DNA from: Candidatus Acutalibacter stercorigallinarum
Lineage (GTDB): Bacteria > Bacillota > Clostridia > Oscillospirales > Acutalibacteraceae
NCBI GenBank assembly: GCA_019112625.1
Contig: DXIW01000029.1
Coordinates: 2,494 to 66,493 of the forward strand
Length of the DNA: 64,000 bases
Direction: 5' to 3'
Positions 52,099-62,078 of this stretch are shown in pieces; position 1 is the stretch's first letter, and the number at the start of each line of letters is the position of its first letter. A program made the position numbers and the translations under genes. A model generated the notes under the pieces. That model ran no database searches. It saw only the letters and a program-made list of their open reading frames with translations, and was not told the origin of the DNA.

Positions 52099-52497
52099 AT
52101 GCAAGTTACAGATACTATCGCCGATCTGCTGACCCGTATCCGCAACGCGCAGGCCGCGAAGCACGCCACCGTGGAGGTGCCCGCTTCGAACCTGAAGAAG
52201 TCCATCTGCCAGATTCTGGTGGACGAGGGGTACGTGAAGAACTTCTCGGTAAAAGAGGACGGGAAGCAGGGCATGATCACCATCACCCTGAAGTATGTGG
52301 ACGGCAAGACCCCGGTGATCAAGGGGCTCAAGCGCGTCTCCAAGCCGGGCCTGCGCATCTATTCCAGCGCAGAGGAGCTGCCCCGGGTGATGAAGGGTCT
52401 GGGCGTCGCCATCATCTCCACCTCCAAGGGGATTATGACCGACCGGGCCGCTAGAAAAGAAAACGTCGGCGGCGAAGTGCTGGCGTTCATTTGGTAA
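52099..52497 (+). CDS. rpsH: 30S ribosomal protein S8
   Basis: [24 protein letters not shown]. Confidence 0.99.
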   Translation: MQVTDTIADLLTRIRNAQAAKHATVEVPASNLKKSICQILVDEGYVKNFSVKEDGKQGMITITLKYVDGKTPVIKGLKRVSKPGLRIYSSAEELPRVMKGLGVAIISTSKGIMTDRAARKENVGGEVLAFIW

Positions 52498-52518
52498 GAA
52501 AAGGGGGATACGGCAGAA

Positions 52519-53064
52519 ATGTCGAGAATTGGAAGAAAACCCATAAATATTCCCGCTGGCGTTGAGGTTAAGGTAAACGGCAGCGAAGTAAGCGTAAAGG
52601 GCCCCAAGGGCGCCCTGTCCCAGACCTTCAACCCCAAGATGAATATTGCGGTGGAAGGCAGCGAGATCGTAGTGACCCGGCCTGACGACGAGAAGGAGTC
52701 CCGCTCCCTCCATGGCCTTACCCGCACCCTGGTGCACAACATGGTGGTAGGCGTTACCGACGGCTTCTCCAAGACCCTGGAGGTGCAGGGCGTTGGCTAC
52801 CGTGTGCAGAAGCAGGGCAAAGACCTGGTGATGAACCTGGGCTTTTCCCACCAGGTGATCGTGTCGGAGAACGAGGACATCAAGATTGATGCCCCCAACC
52901 CCAACACCATCGTGATCTCTGGCATCGACAAGCAGAAGGTCGGCCAGTTTGCCGCCGAAGTCCGCGAGAAGCGGCCGCCGGAACCCTATAAGGGCAAGGG
53001 CATCCGCTACGCCGGCGAGTATGTGCGCCGCAAGGAAGGCAAGGCCGGCAAGGGCTCGAAGTAA
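52519..53064 (+). CDS. rplF: 50S ribosomal protein L6
   Basis: MSRIGRKPI, PEPYKGKGIRY. Confidence 0.99.
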   Translation: MSRIGRKPINIPAGVEVKVNGSEVSVKGPKGALSQTFNPKMNIAVEGSEIVVTRPDDEKESRSLHGLTRTLVHNMVVGVTDGFSKTLEVQGVGYRVQKQGKDLVMNLGFSHQVIVSENEDIKIDAPNPNTIVISGIDKQKVGQFAAEVREKRPPEPYKGKGIRYAGEYVRRKEGKAGKGSK

Positions 53065-53083
53065 AGGTAAGGAGTGAGAAGAA

Positions 53084-53443
53084 ATGGTCAATAAGGCAGA
53101 TACCAACAAAGCACGCTTGCGCCGCCACAAGAGAGTGCGCGGCAAGATCTCCGGCACGGCCGAGTGCCCCCGCCTGAACGTGTTCCGCTCCAGCGCCAAC
53201 ATCTACGCCCAGATCATTGACGATGTGGCGGGCAAGACCCTGTGCGCCGCGTCCACCCTGGACAAGAGCTTTACCGGCAACGGCGGCAACAAAGAGGCCG
53301 CCCGCGAGGTGGGCAAGATGATCGCCAAGAGAGCAGCGGAGAAGGGGATCACCAATGTGGTCTTCGACCGCGGTGGCTATATTTTCCACGGCCGCGTCAA
53401 AGAGCTGGCCGAAGGCGCCCGTGAGGGCGGCCTCAACTTCTAA
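53084..53443 (+). CDS. rplR: 50S ribosomal protein L18
   Basis: [20 protein letters not shown]. Confidence 0.99.
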   Translation: MVNKADTNKARLRRHKRVRGKISGTAECPRLNVFRSSANIYAQIIDDVAGKTLCAASTLDKSFTGNGGNKEAAREVGKMIAKRAAEKGITNVVFDRGGYIFHGRVKELAEGAREGGLNF

Positions 53444-53458
53444 GAGGGAGGAATCGTT

Positions 53459-53959
53459 TTGGCTAGAAACATTGACGCATCCACCATGGATATGCAAGAG
53501 CGCGTCGTCGCCATCAACCGGGTTTCGAAGACGGTAAAGGGCGGCCGCGTAATGAAGTTCTCCGCCCTGGTCGTGGTCGGCGACGGCAACGGCACTGTGG
53601 GCTTCGGCATCGGCAAGGCTGCCGAGGTGCCCGACGCCATCCGCAAGGGCATTGAAGATGCCAAGAAGAACCTGGTGAAGATCGCCCTGCGGGGCTCTAC
53701 CATCCCCCACGAGATCGTGGGCGAGTTCGGCGCCGGCCGCGTGCTGCTTAAGCCCGCCGCCCCTGGTACCGGCGTTATCGCCGGCGGCCCCGTGCGTGCC
53801 GTGGTAGAGAGCGCTGGCATCAAGGACATCCGCACCAAGGCGCTGCGCTCTAACAACCCCTGCAACGTGGTGCGCGCCACCCTGGCCGGCCTTACCCAGC
53901 TGCGCACCGCAGAAGAGGTGGCCGCCGTGCGCGGAAAGTCCACCAAGGAAATTCTGTAA
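53459..53959 (+). CDS. rpsE: 30S ribosomal protein S5
   Basis: [21 protein letters not shown]; TTG start. Confidence 0.99.
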   Translation: MARNIDASTMDMQERVVAINRVSKTVKGGRVMKFSALVVVGDGNGTVGFGIGKAAEVPDAIRKGIEDAKKNLVKIALRGSTIPHEIVGEFGAGRVLLKPAAPGTGVIAGGPVRAVVESAGIKDIRTKALRSNNPCNVVRATLAGLTQLRTAEEVAAVRGKSTKEIL

Positions 53960-53974
53960 GGGAGGGCGTTTGCT

Positions 53975-54145
53975 GTGAAAATCACTTTGAAAAAGAGCCT
54001 GATCGGCTCGAAGAAGGACCAGATCGCCACCGCCCTGTCCCTGGGCCTGAAGAAGGTGGGCGACTGCACAGAGCAGCCTGACAATGCCCAGACCCAGGGC
54101 AAGATCAAGAAGATCGGCCATCTGATCGAGGTAAGCAAGGACTAA
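53975..54145 (+). CDS. rpmD: 50S ribosomal protein L30 (missing from ORF track)
   Basis: GTG start; [23 protein letters not shown], 56 aa, between rpsE and rplO. Confidence 0.93.
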   Translation: MKITLKKSLIGSKKDQIATALSLGLKKVGDCTEQPDNAQTQGKIKKIGHLIEVSKD

Positions 54146-54159
54146 GGAGGTGCGTGAGA

Positions 54160-54600
54160 ATGAAGCTCAATCAGCTGACAGCTACGCCCGGCTCTACCAA
54201 AGAGCGGAAGCGTATTGGCAGAGGCTACGGCGCCGGCACCGGTAAGACCGCCGGCAAGGGCCACAAGGGCCAGAAGGCCCGGGCGGGCCACGGCCAGCGC
54301 CCCGGTTTTGAGGGCGGCCAGATGCCCATGCAGAGACGAATCCCCAAGCGGGGCTTCAACAATATCTTTGCCAAAGAGATCGTCGCCATCAACGTGGGAA
54401 GCCTGAACAAGTTTGAGGACGGCGCTGAGGTGGATACCGCGGCGCTGGTAGAGGCCGGCATCCTGAACAAGGGCTGCGACGGCGTGAAGATCCTTTCCAA
54501 CGGCGAACTGAAGAAGAAGCTGACGGTGAAGGCCAACGCTTTTTCCGAGGCTGCGAAAGCCAAGATCGAGGCAGCTGGTGGGAAGGCCGAGGTGATCTAA
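54160..54600 (+). CDS. rplO: 50S ribosomal protein L15
   Basis: [26 protein letters not shown]. Confidence 0.98.
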   Translation: MKLNQLTATPGSTKERKRIGRGYGAGTGKTAGKGHKGQKARAGHGQRPGFEGGQMPMQRRIPKRGFNNIFAKEIVAINVGSLNKFEDGAEVDTAALVEAGILNKGCDGVKILSNGELKKKLTVKANAFSEAAKAKIEAAGGKAEVI

Positions 54601-54601
54601 A

Positions 54602-55912
54602 TTGTTTAACACAATTCGGAATGCCTGGCGAATCCCGGACCTGCGCAAGAAGATCCTGTTTACGCTGCTCATCATCGTGGCGTTCCGGTTCGGCTCGGTA
54701 ATCCCCGCGCCCTTCCTGGACGTTACCGCCCTGTCGACGCTGATGGACAGCGCCGGGCAGAACGCGGCCCTGGGGTATATCAATATGCTCACCGGCGGCG
54801 CGTTCGCCTACGCTTCCCTGTTCGCCATGGGCATTACCCCCTATATCAACAGCTCCATCATCATGCAGCTCCTCACCATCGCCATTCCCGCCCTGGAGCG
54901 GATGGCGAAAGAGGGCGAGGGCGGCCGCAAGAAGATCGCCACCATCACCCGGTACGTCACCGTGCTCCTGGGGCTCATCCAGGGCGTGGCCTACTACTTC
55001 TACCTGCGCAATAACGGCATCGTAGAGTATTCCAGCGGCTTTGCCGGGGTGTTCTCCGCCATTGTCATCGTGTTCACCTTTACGGCGGGCACCGCCCTGA
55101 TTATGTGGATGGGCGAGCAGATCAACGACAAGGGCATTGGCAACGGTATTTCCATCATCCTGTTCGCCGGCATTGTGGCCCGGCTGCCCGTGACCATGGG
55201 CATGGTGTGGGAGTACATGAAGCTGGGCATCGACAGCCCCTCTACCAGCGCCCACTACCTGGTGCTGGCACCCCTGTTCATCCTGCTGTTCCTGGTGGTC
55301 ATCTGGGTCATCGTGTTCATGAACGAGGCCGAGCGGCGCATCCCGGTGCAGTACGCCAAGAAGGTGGTTGGCCGGAAGATGTACGGCGGGCAGAGCACTT
55401 TCCTGCCCATCAAGGTCTCGATGAGCGGCGTGATGCCCGTGATCTTCGCCAGCGTCATCCTGTCCATCCCTCAGATGATCCAGATCTTCGTGAACCCCAC
55501 CGAGGGCTTCTGGAAGGGCTTCTTCGATGCCTTTAACCAGACGGGCTGGCTGTATATCGTGATCTACTTCTTCCTGATCCTCATGTTCGCTTACTTCTAT
55601 ATGACCATCCAGTATAATCCCCTGGAAATGGCCAATAATCTCCGCCAGAACAACGGGACCATCCCGGGCATCCGCCCCGGCAAGCCCACGGCGGACTTCA
55701 TCGCAAAGATCCTTTCCAAGGTAACGCTCATCGGCGCCTTGTTCCTGGCTTTTGTGGCGCTGATCCCCATCATCTACACCAGCGTTACCGGCATGACGGG
55801 GCTGTCCCTGGGGGGCACCTCCATCATCATTATCGTAGGCGTAGCCCTGGAGACTGTAAAGCAGCTGGAATCTCAGATGATGATGCGGCATTACAAGGGC
55901 TTCTTAGATTGA
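54602..55912 (+). CDS. secY: Preprotein translocase subunit SecY
   Basis: GITPYINSSII, GIGNGIS, IPGIRPG, GGTSIII; TTG start. Confidence 0.98.
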   Translation: MFNTIRNAWRIPDLRKKILFTLLIIVAFRFGSVIPAPFLDVTALSTLMDSAGQNAALGYINMLTGGAFAYASLFAMGITPYINSSIIMQLLTIAIPALERMAKEGEGGRKKIATITRYVTVLLGLIQGVAYYFYLRNNGIVEYSSGFAGVFSAIVIVFTFTAGTALIMWMGEQINDKGIGNGISIILFAGIVARLPVTMGMVWEYMKLGIDSPSTSAHYLVLAPLFILLFLVVIWVIVFMNEAERRIPVQYAKKVVGRKMYGGQSTFLPIKVSMSGVMPVIFASVILSIPQMIQIFVNPTEGFWKGFFDAFNQTGWLYIVIYFFLILMFAYFYMTIQYNPLEMANNLRQNNGTIPGIRPGKPTADFIAKILSKVTLIGALFLAFVALIPIIYTSVTGMTGLSLGGTSIIIIVGVALETVKQLESQMMMRHYKGFLD

Positions 55913-56003
55913 TGAAACGGCACATGGCCGGCTGCTGCCCCGCCGGGCCCGGCTGAAAGGCCGGCGCCGGGGGCGGGCCGCCCACCGAAACGAGAAAGGA
56001 ACG

Positions 56004-56648
56004 ATGGATATGAAGCTGATCCTGTTAGGAGCCCCGGGAGCCGGGAAAGGCACCCAGGCAGAGATCATCTGCAAAACTCACAACATCCCCACCATCTCGA
56101 CGGGGAACATGTTACGCGAAGCGCTGAAGAACGGCACTGAGATGGGCCAAAAGGCCAAATCCTATATGGAGAGCGGCCAGCTGGTGCCCGATGAGATCCT
56201 CATCGGCATCATTAAGGACCGGCTGCAGGAGGAAGACTGCAAAAACGGCTTCATCCTGGACGGGTTCCCCCGGACCATCCCCCAGGCCGAGGCTCTGGAC
56301 AACATGGGCGTGGAGATCGACGCGGTCCTCGACATCGAGGTAGCCGACGACGCCATCGTGGCCCGGATGTCCGGACGCCGTGTCTGCGAGGCTTGCGGCG
56401 CCTCTTACCATCTGGAGTACAAGAAGCCCCAGGTGGAGGGTAAGTGCGACGCCTGCGGCGGCACCCTCGTCCAGCGCAAGGATGACCATCCCGACACCGT
56501 GAAAGAGCGGTTGGAGGTGTACCACACCCAGACCGAGCCCCTGAAAGAGTATTACAGCAAGCAGGGCAAGCTCCTTGTGGTCCACGGCCAGGAGGATATT
56601 AAAGACACCACCCGCCTGGTACTGGAGGCCCTGGAGGACTTTGCATGA
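56004..56648 (+). CDS. adk: Adenylate kinase with zinc-binding lid
   Basis: GAPGAGKGTQ, LDGFPRT, CEAC..CDAC lid. Confidence 0.98.
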   Translation: MDMKLILLGAPGAGKGTQAEIICKTHNIPTISTGNMLREALKNGTEMGQKAKSYMESGQLVPDEILIGIIKDRLQEEDCKNGFILDGFPRTIPQAEALDNMGVEIDAVLDIEVADDAIVARMSGRRVCEACGASYHLEYKKPQVEGKCDACGGTLVQRKDDHPDTVKERLEVYHTQTEPLKEYYSKQGKLLVVHGQEDIKDTTRLVLEALEDFA

Positions 56649-57397
56649 TCGTGCTGAAGACGAGCCGCGAGCTTTCCATTATGCGGAAGGCCGGGCAGAT
56701 CTCGCAAAAGGCACTGCGCTTGGCAGGGGAAGCAGTGGAGCCCGGGGTTTCCACCTGGGAGCTGGATAAGATCGTTCGCCAGTATATCGAGAGCATGGGG
56801 GCCACCCCCAGCTTCCTCCACTACAACGGCTTCCCGGCCAGCGCCTGTATCTCGGTAAACAATGTGGTCATCCACGGCATACCCTCCAAGAGCACCATTC
56901 TCAAGCGGGGCGACATCGTAGGCATCGACGTGGGCGCCTGCTACCAGGGCTTTCACGGCGACAACGCCTGGACCTTCCCCTGCGGCGAGGTGAGCGAGGA
57001 AGCCAAAGCGCTTTTGGAGGCCACAGAACAAGGACTGTACCGCGGCATCGAACAGGCCCGCCCGGGCAACCGCCTGGGGGACATCGGCCACGCGGTGCAG
57101 GAGTATGTCGAAGCTCGCAATTACTCGGTGGTACGAGAATTTGTCGGCCACGGAGTAGGTGCGAAGCTGCACGAAGATCCCAGCGTACCCAATTACGGCA
57201 CGCCCGGCAGGGGCGTGAGACTGTTGCCAGGCATGACCATCGCCATCGAACCCATGGTGAACCAGGGCAAAGCCCCGGTGCGCATTTTGGACGATGGCTG
57301 GACCACGGTGACCCAGGACGGGAGCCTTTCCGCCCACTTTGAGCACACGGTGGCCATCACCCCAGACGGGCCGGTCCTGTTGACCCAGCTGGACTGA
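56645..57397 (+). CDS. map: Methionine aminopeptidase type I
   Basis: HGIP, DVG..HGD, GHGVG..HEDP, AIEPM, AHFEHT. Confidence 0.98.
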   Translation: MIVLKTSRELSIMRKAGQISQKALRLAGEAVEPGVSTWELDKIVRQYIESMGATPSFLHYNGFPASACISVNNVVIHGIPSKSTILKRGDIVGIDVGACYQGFHGDNAWTFPCGEVSEEAKALLEATEQGLYRGIEQARPGNRLGDIGHAVQEYVEARNYSVVREFVGHGVGAKLHEDPSVPNYGTPGRGVRLLPGMTIAIEPMVNQGKAPVRILDDGWTTVTQDGSLSAHFEHTVAITPDGPVLLTQLD

Positions 57398-57405
57398 GGT
57401 GGGCC

Positions 57406-57660
57406 ATGGAAGTGCAGAAAGGCCAGGTGGTCCGGTCCCTTGCCGGCCATGATAAGGGCGGCTTTCTGGCAGTGGTGCAGGTGGCGCCCCCCTTCGCCTT
57501 TGTGTGCGACGGGAAACGCCGCCCCCTGGAGCGGCCCAAGCGGAAAAAGCTGTTCCACTTGGCCCCCACGGCCACGGTGCTGCCAGAGGAAGCCCTGAGA
57601 ACCAATCGACAAATACGGTCCGCCCTGCGCCGGTTCGCGGGCAGCGCGGAGAACGCGTAA
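57406..57660 (+). CDS. KOW-domain RNA-binding protein (L14E-like)
   Basis: GQVVRSLAGHD..DGKRR..PKRK; usual map-infA position in Firmicutes. Confidence 0.85.
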   Translation: MEVQKGQVVRSLAGHDKGGFLAVVQVAPPFAFVCDGKRRPLERPKRKKLFHLAPTATVLPEEALRTNRQIRSALRRFAGSAENA

Positions 57661-57675
57661 GCGGAGGTTTTTCCT

Positions 57676-57894
57676 ATGTCAAAACAGGACGTAATTGAAG
57701 TACAGGGAGTGGTGAAGGAAGCCCTCCCCAACGCCACGTTCCAGGTAGAGCTGCCAAACGGGCACATGGTACTGGCCCATATCTCCGGCAAGCTGCGGAT
57801 GAACTTCATCCGCATCCTCCCCGGCGACAAGGTCACCATGGAGATGTCGCCCTACGACCTGACCAAGGGGCGCATCACCTGGCGCTCGAAATAA
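57676..57894 (+). CDS. infA: Translation initiation factor IF-1
   Basis: [23 protein letters not shown]. Confidence 0.99.
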   Translation: MSKQDVIEVQGVVKEALPNATFQVELPNGHMVLAHISGKLRMNFIRILPGDKVTMEMSPYDLTKGRITWRSK

Positions 57895-57937
57895 ACGAAA
57901 CACGAACTGCTGTCCCGCTTAAAGGAGGATACACACA

Positions 57938-58051
57938 ATGAAAGTAAGACCTTCTGTTAAGAAGATGTGCGAGAAATGCAAGATCATCAAGCGCAAGGGC
58001 AAGGTCATGGTCATCTGTGACAACCCCAAGCACAAGCAGCGCCAGGGCTGA
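57938..58051 (+). CDS. rpmJ: 50S ribosomal protein L36 (missing from ORF track)
   Basis: [37 protein letters not shown]. Confidence 0.98.
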   Translation: MKVRPSVKKMCEKCKIIKRKGKVMVICDNPKHKQRQG

Positions 58052-58079
58052 GCCCCGGCCAATTCATGGAGGTGTAAGA

Positions 58080-58448
58080 ATGGCTCGTATTTCCGGTATC
58101 GACCTACCCAGAGATAAGCGTATCGAGATCGCGCTCACCTATATCTTCGGCATCGGCCGCAAGACCGCTTCCAACATCTGCGCCGCCACCGGCGTAGACC
58201 CCGACATCCGCGTGCGCGACCTGTCGGAGGATGACACTGCCAAGCTGCGCGAGTATATCGACCACAACTGCCATGTAGAGGGCGACCTGCGCCGCGACCT
58301 GGCCTTCGACGTGAAGCGCCTCATCGAGATCGGCTGCTACCGGGGCGTGCGCCACCGCAAGGGCCTGCCCGTGCGTGGCCAGCGCACCAAGACCAACGCC
58401 CGGACCCGCAAGGGCCCCCGCAAGACCATGGCTAACAAGAAGAAGTAA
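58080..58448 (+). CDS. rpsM: 30S ribosomal protein S13
   Basis: [26 protein letters not shown]. Confidence 0.99.
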   Translation: MARISGIDLPRDKRIEIALTYIFGIGRKTASNICAATGVDPDIRVRDLSEDDTAKLREYIDHNCHVEGDLRRDLAFDVKRLIEIGCYRGVRHRKGLPVRGQRTKTNARTRKGPRKTMANKKK

Positions 58449-58462
58449 GGAGGGGTTTATCC

Positions 58463-58861
58463 ATGCCAGCACAGAAAGGCAAGCAGGTTGTGCGCCGCCG
58501 CCGCGAGCGCAAGAATATCGAGCGCGGCGCCGCCCACATCCAGTCTACGTTCAACAACACCATCGTGACCATTACCGATACCCAGGGCAACGCGGTATCT
58601 TGGGCCAGCTCTGGCGAGCTGGGCTTCCGCGGCTCCCGGAAATCCACTCCTTTCGCCGCCCAGACTGCCGCTGAGACCGCCGCCCGCCTGGCGATGGAGC
58701 ACGGCATGAAGTCTGTAGAGGTGTACGTAAAGGGCCCCGGCGCCGGCCGCGAGGCTGCCATCCGTGCCCTGCAGGCCGCCGGCCTGGACGTTAGCATGAT
58801 CAAGGACGTGACTCCTATCCCCCACAACGGATGCCGTCCTCCCAAGAGAAGACGCGTGTAA
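58463..58861 (+). CDS. rpsK: 30S ribosomal protein S11
   Basis: [27 protein letters not shown]. Confidence 0.99.
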   Translation: MPAQKGKQVVRRRRERKNIERGAAHIQSTFNNTIVTITDTQGNAVSWASSGELGFRGSRKSTPFAAQTAAETAARLAMEHGMKSVEVYVKGPGAGREAAIRALQAAGLDVSMIKDVTPIPHNGCRPPKRRRV

Positions 58862-58890
58862 AAAACCGATATTAGGAGGTACCTGAGAAA

Positions 58891-59517
58891 ATGGCAAGAT
58901 ATACAGAAGCTGTGTGCAAGCTGTGCCGCCGCGAGGGCCAGAAGCTGTTCCTGAAGGGCGAGCGGTGCTACACAGATAAGTGCGCCCTGTCCCGCAGGGC
59001 TTATGCGCCTGGCCAGCACGGCCAGGGCCGCAAAAAGACTTCCGAGTACGGTTTGCAGCTGCGCGCCAAGCAGATGGCCCGCCGTTTTTACGGCGTGCTG
59101 GAGGGCCAGTTCCGCCACTATTACGAGCTGGCCACCAAGATGCCCGGCAAGGCCGGCGACAACCTCCTCATCCTGCTGGAGACCCGCCTGGACAACGTGG
59201 TGTACCGCTGCGGCTGGGCCAGCTCCCGCGCGGAGGCCCGCCAGCTGGTGGTGCACGGCCACTACACCGTAAACGGCCGGAAGGTGGACATCCCCTCCTA
59301 CCTGGTAAAGCCCGGCGACATGGTCGCCATTAAAGACGGCAGCCGCTCCAGCGAGAAGTTTAAGGCTGTGCTGGAGTCCAACGCCTCCCGTCCCGTGCCC
59401 AAGTGGCTGGATGTGGACGCCGCCAATGCCCAGGCCAAGATCGTCGAGCTGCCCACCCGGGAAGAGATCGACCTGGAAGTGGACGAGACCCTGATCGTCG
59501 AGTTGTACTCCAAGTGA
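58891..59517 (+). CDS. rpsD: 30S ribosomal protein S4
   Basis: [29 protein letters not shown]. Confidence 0.99.
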   Translation: MARYTEAVCKLCRREGQKLFLKGERCYTDKCALSRRAYAPGQHGQGRKKTSEYGLQLRAKQMARRFYGVLEGQFRHYYELATKMPGKAGDNLLILLETRLDNVVYRCGWASSRAEARQLVVHGHYTVNGRKVDIPSYLVKPGDMVAIKDGSRSSEKFKAVLESNASRPVPKWLDVDAANAQAKIVELPTREEIDLEVDETLIVELYSK

Positions 59518-59573
59518 TCCCTGGCTAAATCGGGCTAGGGCACACCCGTACCTGGTACAAAGGAGGATCGCGG

Positions 59574-60527
59574 ATGATTGAGATTGAGAGACCCAAAATT
59601 GAGATCGCGGAGATTTCTGACAACGGCACCTACGGCAAGTTCGTGGTAGAGCCCCTGGAGCGGGGCTTTGGCACCACCCTGGGCAACAGCCTGCGGCGGG
59701 TGCTGCTCTCCAGCCTGCCGGGCGTTGCGGTAAAATCCATCAAGATCGACGGCGTGCTCCACGAGTTTTCCACCATCCCCGGGGTGAAGGAGGACGTGAC
59801 GGAGATCGTCCTGAACATCAAGGGCCTGGTGGCCAAGCTCCACTGCGACGGCCCCAAGACCGTGGAGATCTCTGCCGAGGGGCCCTGCGTGGTCACGGCA
59901 GATTCCATCAAGAGCGACAGCGAGGTGGAAATCTTAAACCCCGAGCTGCACATCGCCACCCTGGGTGAGGGGGCCAAGCTGTACATGGAGCTGACCCTGG
60001 ACAAGGGCCGGGGCTATGTCTCTAACGAGCGGAACAAGCAGAACATGCAGGACGCCGTGATCGGCGAGATCGCGGTAGACTCCATCTACACCCCCGTGCT
60101 CAAGGTCAACTTCAACGTGGAGAGCACCCGCGTGGGCCAGAGCATCGACTATGATAAGCTGACGCTGGAGGTTTGGACCAACGGCGTCATCAACGCCCAG
60201 GAGGCGGTCTCCCTGGCGGCCAAGGTCCTCACCGACCACCTGAACCTGTTCGTGGATCTGTCCGACAAGGGCAAGAGCACCGAGATCATGGTGGAGAAGG
60301 ACGAGGGCGGCAAGGAGAAGGTCCTGGAGATGACCATTGAGGAGCTGGACCTGTCGGTCCGTTCCTTCAACTGCCTCAAGCGCGCTGGCATCAATACTGT
60401 GGAAGACCTGATCAACCGGTCGGAAGAGGACATGATGAAGGTGCGCAACCTGGGGCGCAAGTCGCTGGAAGAGGTCATTTGGAAGCTGGCTTCCCTGGGC
60501 CTCAGCCTGCGGAAGGAAGACGAATAA
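59574..60527 (+). CDS. rpoA: RNA polymerase subunit alpha
   Basis: [40 protein letters not shown]. Confidence 0.99.
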   Translation: MIEIERPKIEIAEISDNGTYGKFVVEPLERGFGTTLGNSLRRVLLSSLPGVAVKSIKIDGVLHEFSTIPGVKEDVTEIVLNIKGLVAKLHCDGPKTVEISAEGPCVVTADSIKSDSEVEILNPELHIATLGEGAKLYMELTLDKGRGYVSNERNKQNMQDAVIGEIAVDSIYTPVLKVNFNVESTRVGQSIDYDKLTLEVWTNGVINAQEAVSLAAKVLTDHLNLFVDLSDKGKSTEIMVEKDEGGKEKVLEMTIEELDLSVRSFNCLKRAGINTVEDLINRSEEDMMKVRNLGRKSLEEVIWKLASLGLSLRKEDE

Positions 60528-60558
60528 CCTGACATTTTACGGATAGGAGTGAATATCG

Positions 60559-60900
60559 ATGCCGGGAACCAGAAAACTGGGCAGGAGCACCGCCCACCGC
60601 ACCGCCATGCTGCGGGGCTTGGTGACTTTCTTCCTTGAGAACGGCAAGATCGAGACCACCGCCACCCGTGCCAAAGAGGTGCGCTCGCTGGCGGAAAAGA
60701 TGATCACCATTGCCAAAGACAACAGCCTGCAGAACAAGCGCCTGGTGATGAGCTTCATCACCAAGGAGAGCGTGACCAACAAGCTGTTCACCGAGATCGC
60801 CCCCAAGTATGCGGACCGCAACGGCGGCTACACCCGCATTACCAAGCTGGGGCCCCGCCGCGGCGACGCGGCCGAGATGGCCATTCTGGAGCTGCTGTAA
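60559..60900 (+). CDS. rplQ: 50S ribosomal protein L17
   Basis: RKLGR..HR, GGYTRI, RRGDAA. Confidence 0.99.
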   Translation: MPGTRKLGRSTAHRTAMLRGLVTFFLENGKIETTATRAKEVRSLAEKMITIAKDNSLQNKRLVMSFITKESVTNKLFTEIAPKYADRNGGYTRITKLGPRRGDAAEMAILELL

Positions 60901-60927
60901 GCGCCGGAAGGAAAGCAGATCATACAA

Positions 60928-60953
60928 AAAGCCCCCGGGAGACCGGGGGCTTT
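60928..60953 (+). terminator. Terminator of the alpha operon
   Basis: aaagcccccgg-gaga-ccgggggcttt. Confidence 0.75.
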
Positions 60954-60966
60954 GTCATAGGGAGGA

Positions 60967-62040
60967 ATGACCGTGAAAACATGGATGTATGTGTCCGGCG
61001 CCCTCTCCGCCGGAGAGTTGGCCGCCCTGAAAGAGGCGGGCATCACCGGGGTAATGGGGCCAAAGGAGATTGCCGCCCCGGCCCAGGCCCAGGGGCTGCA
61101 GGTGCTGCTGTGCGGCGGGGCCTTTCCCGCTGGCGGGTTTGCGGGGGAGGACCATCTGGCCCTGGACATCCGGGGCAGGCGGCGGGTGTGGTTTTACTCC
61201 TGCTGCCCCAACCACGGCCCCACCCGCCAGGCCAACCTGGCCATGTACCGGGAGCTGGCCGCCACCCCGGGGATCGCGGGGCTGGTGATCGACGGGGCCA
61301 GGTTTGCCTCGCCGGCCTCCTCCTTCCAGCCGGAGGCCTTCTTCACCTGCTTCTGCCCCCGGTGTTTGGAGAAGATGGCAGAGCTGGGCTTTGACCCGGA
61401 GCGGGTACGGACGGGCGTCTCCGCCCTGTACGCCTGGCTGCGGGAGGGCGGCCCCCGGCCCGGGGACTGGTCCGGGGTGGGGGACTGGCTCACCTTTCGC
61501 AGGATGTGCGCGACGGAGCACTTAAAAGACTTCGCCGCCCTGGCCCACCAGGCCGGGGTGGAGGCGGGGGCGTTCTTCTTCGCGCCCTCCCTGGCGGGGC
61601 TGGTGGGGCAGAGCTACCGGGACATGGCCGGGGTGATGGACTTTCTCTCGCCCATGCTGTACCCCGCCTATCCCCAACAGGAGGGCGACCCGGGCACCGC
61701 CTGCCTCAACTGGGAGCTGTACGCCCTGGGCAGGCTTTTGGCCGGGGCCATGGGGGAGGAGGCCGCCCGGCGGGAGCTGTCCCGGCAGATGGGGTATGCG
61801 CTGCCGCTCCTGGAAGAGCTGAAGCGGGAGACGCCCCGGGGCCTTATCGCCGCCGAGACCGCCAGAGCCAGGGAGGAGGCCGGCCCGGCCAGGGTGACGC
61901 CTATTTTGCAGCTGGACGACCCCGGGCTCCCCGAGAGCGTGGCCCAGGCCCAGAAGGGCGGGGCGGGGGAGCTGGCCTTCTTCGCCTACCGGAAAGAGCT
62001 GCTGCCTGCCCTGCGAGAGGCCCTGCAGGGACGGGGATAA
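60967..62040 (+). CDS. Hypothetical protein, possible glycoside-hydrolase-like TIM barrel with Cys cluster
   Basis: ggagg RBS; CCPN, GLVIDGARF, CFCPRC, DWLTFR, DFLSPMLY. Confidence 0.65.
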   Translation: MTVKTWMYVSGALSAGELAALKEAGITGVMGPKEIAAPAQAQGLQVLLCGGAFPAGGFAGEDHLALDIRGRRRVWFYSCCPNHGPTRQANLAMYRELAATPGIAGLVIDGARFASPASSFQPEAFFTCFCPRCLEKMAELGFDPERVRTGVSALYAWLREGGPRPGDWSGVGDWLTFRRMCATEHLKDFAALAHQAGVEAGAFFFAPSLAGLVGQSYRDMAGVMDFLSPMLYPAYPQQEGDPGTACLNWELYALGRLLAGAMGEEAARRELSRQMGYALPLLEELKRETPRGLIAAETARAREEAGPARVTPILQLDDPGLPESVAQAQKGGAGELAFFAYRKELLPALREALQGRG

Positions 62041-62044
62041 AAGA

Positions 62045-62078
62045 AAAGGGACGCGCGAAGGCGCGTCCCAAATTTTTT
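62045..62078. terminator. Terminator between convergent genes
   Basis: gggacgcgc-gaag-gcgcgtccc with flanking A/T runs. Confidence 0.65.

Noticed and set aside
58891-59517. rpsD inside the alpha operon and zinc-type S14, L36, S4 and L24
   Set aside because: Ordinary for Clostridia
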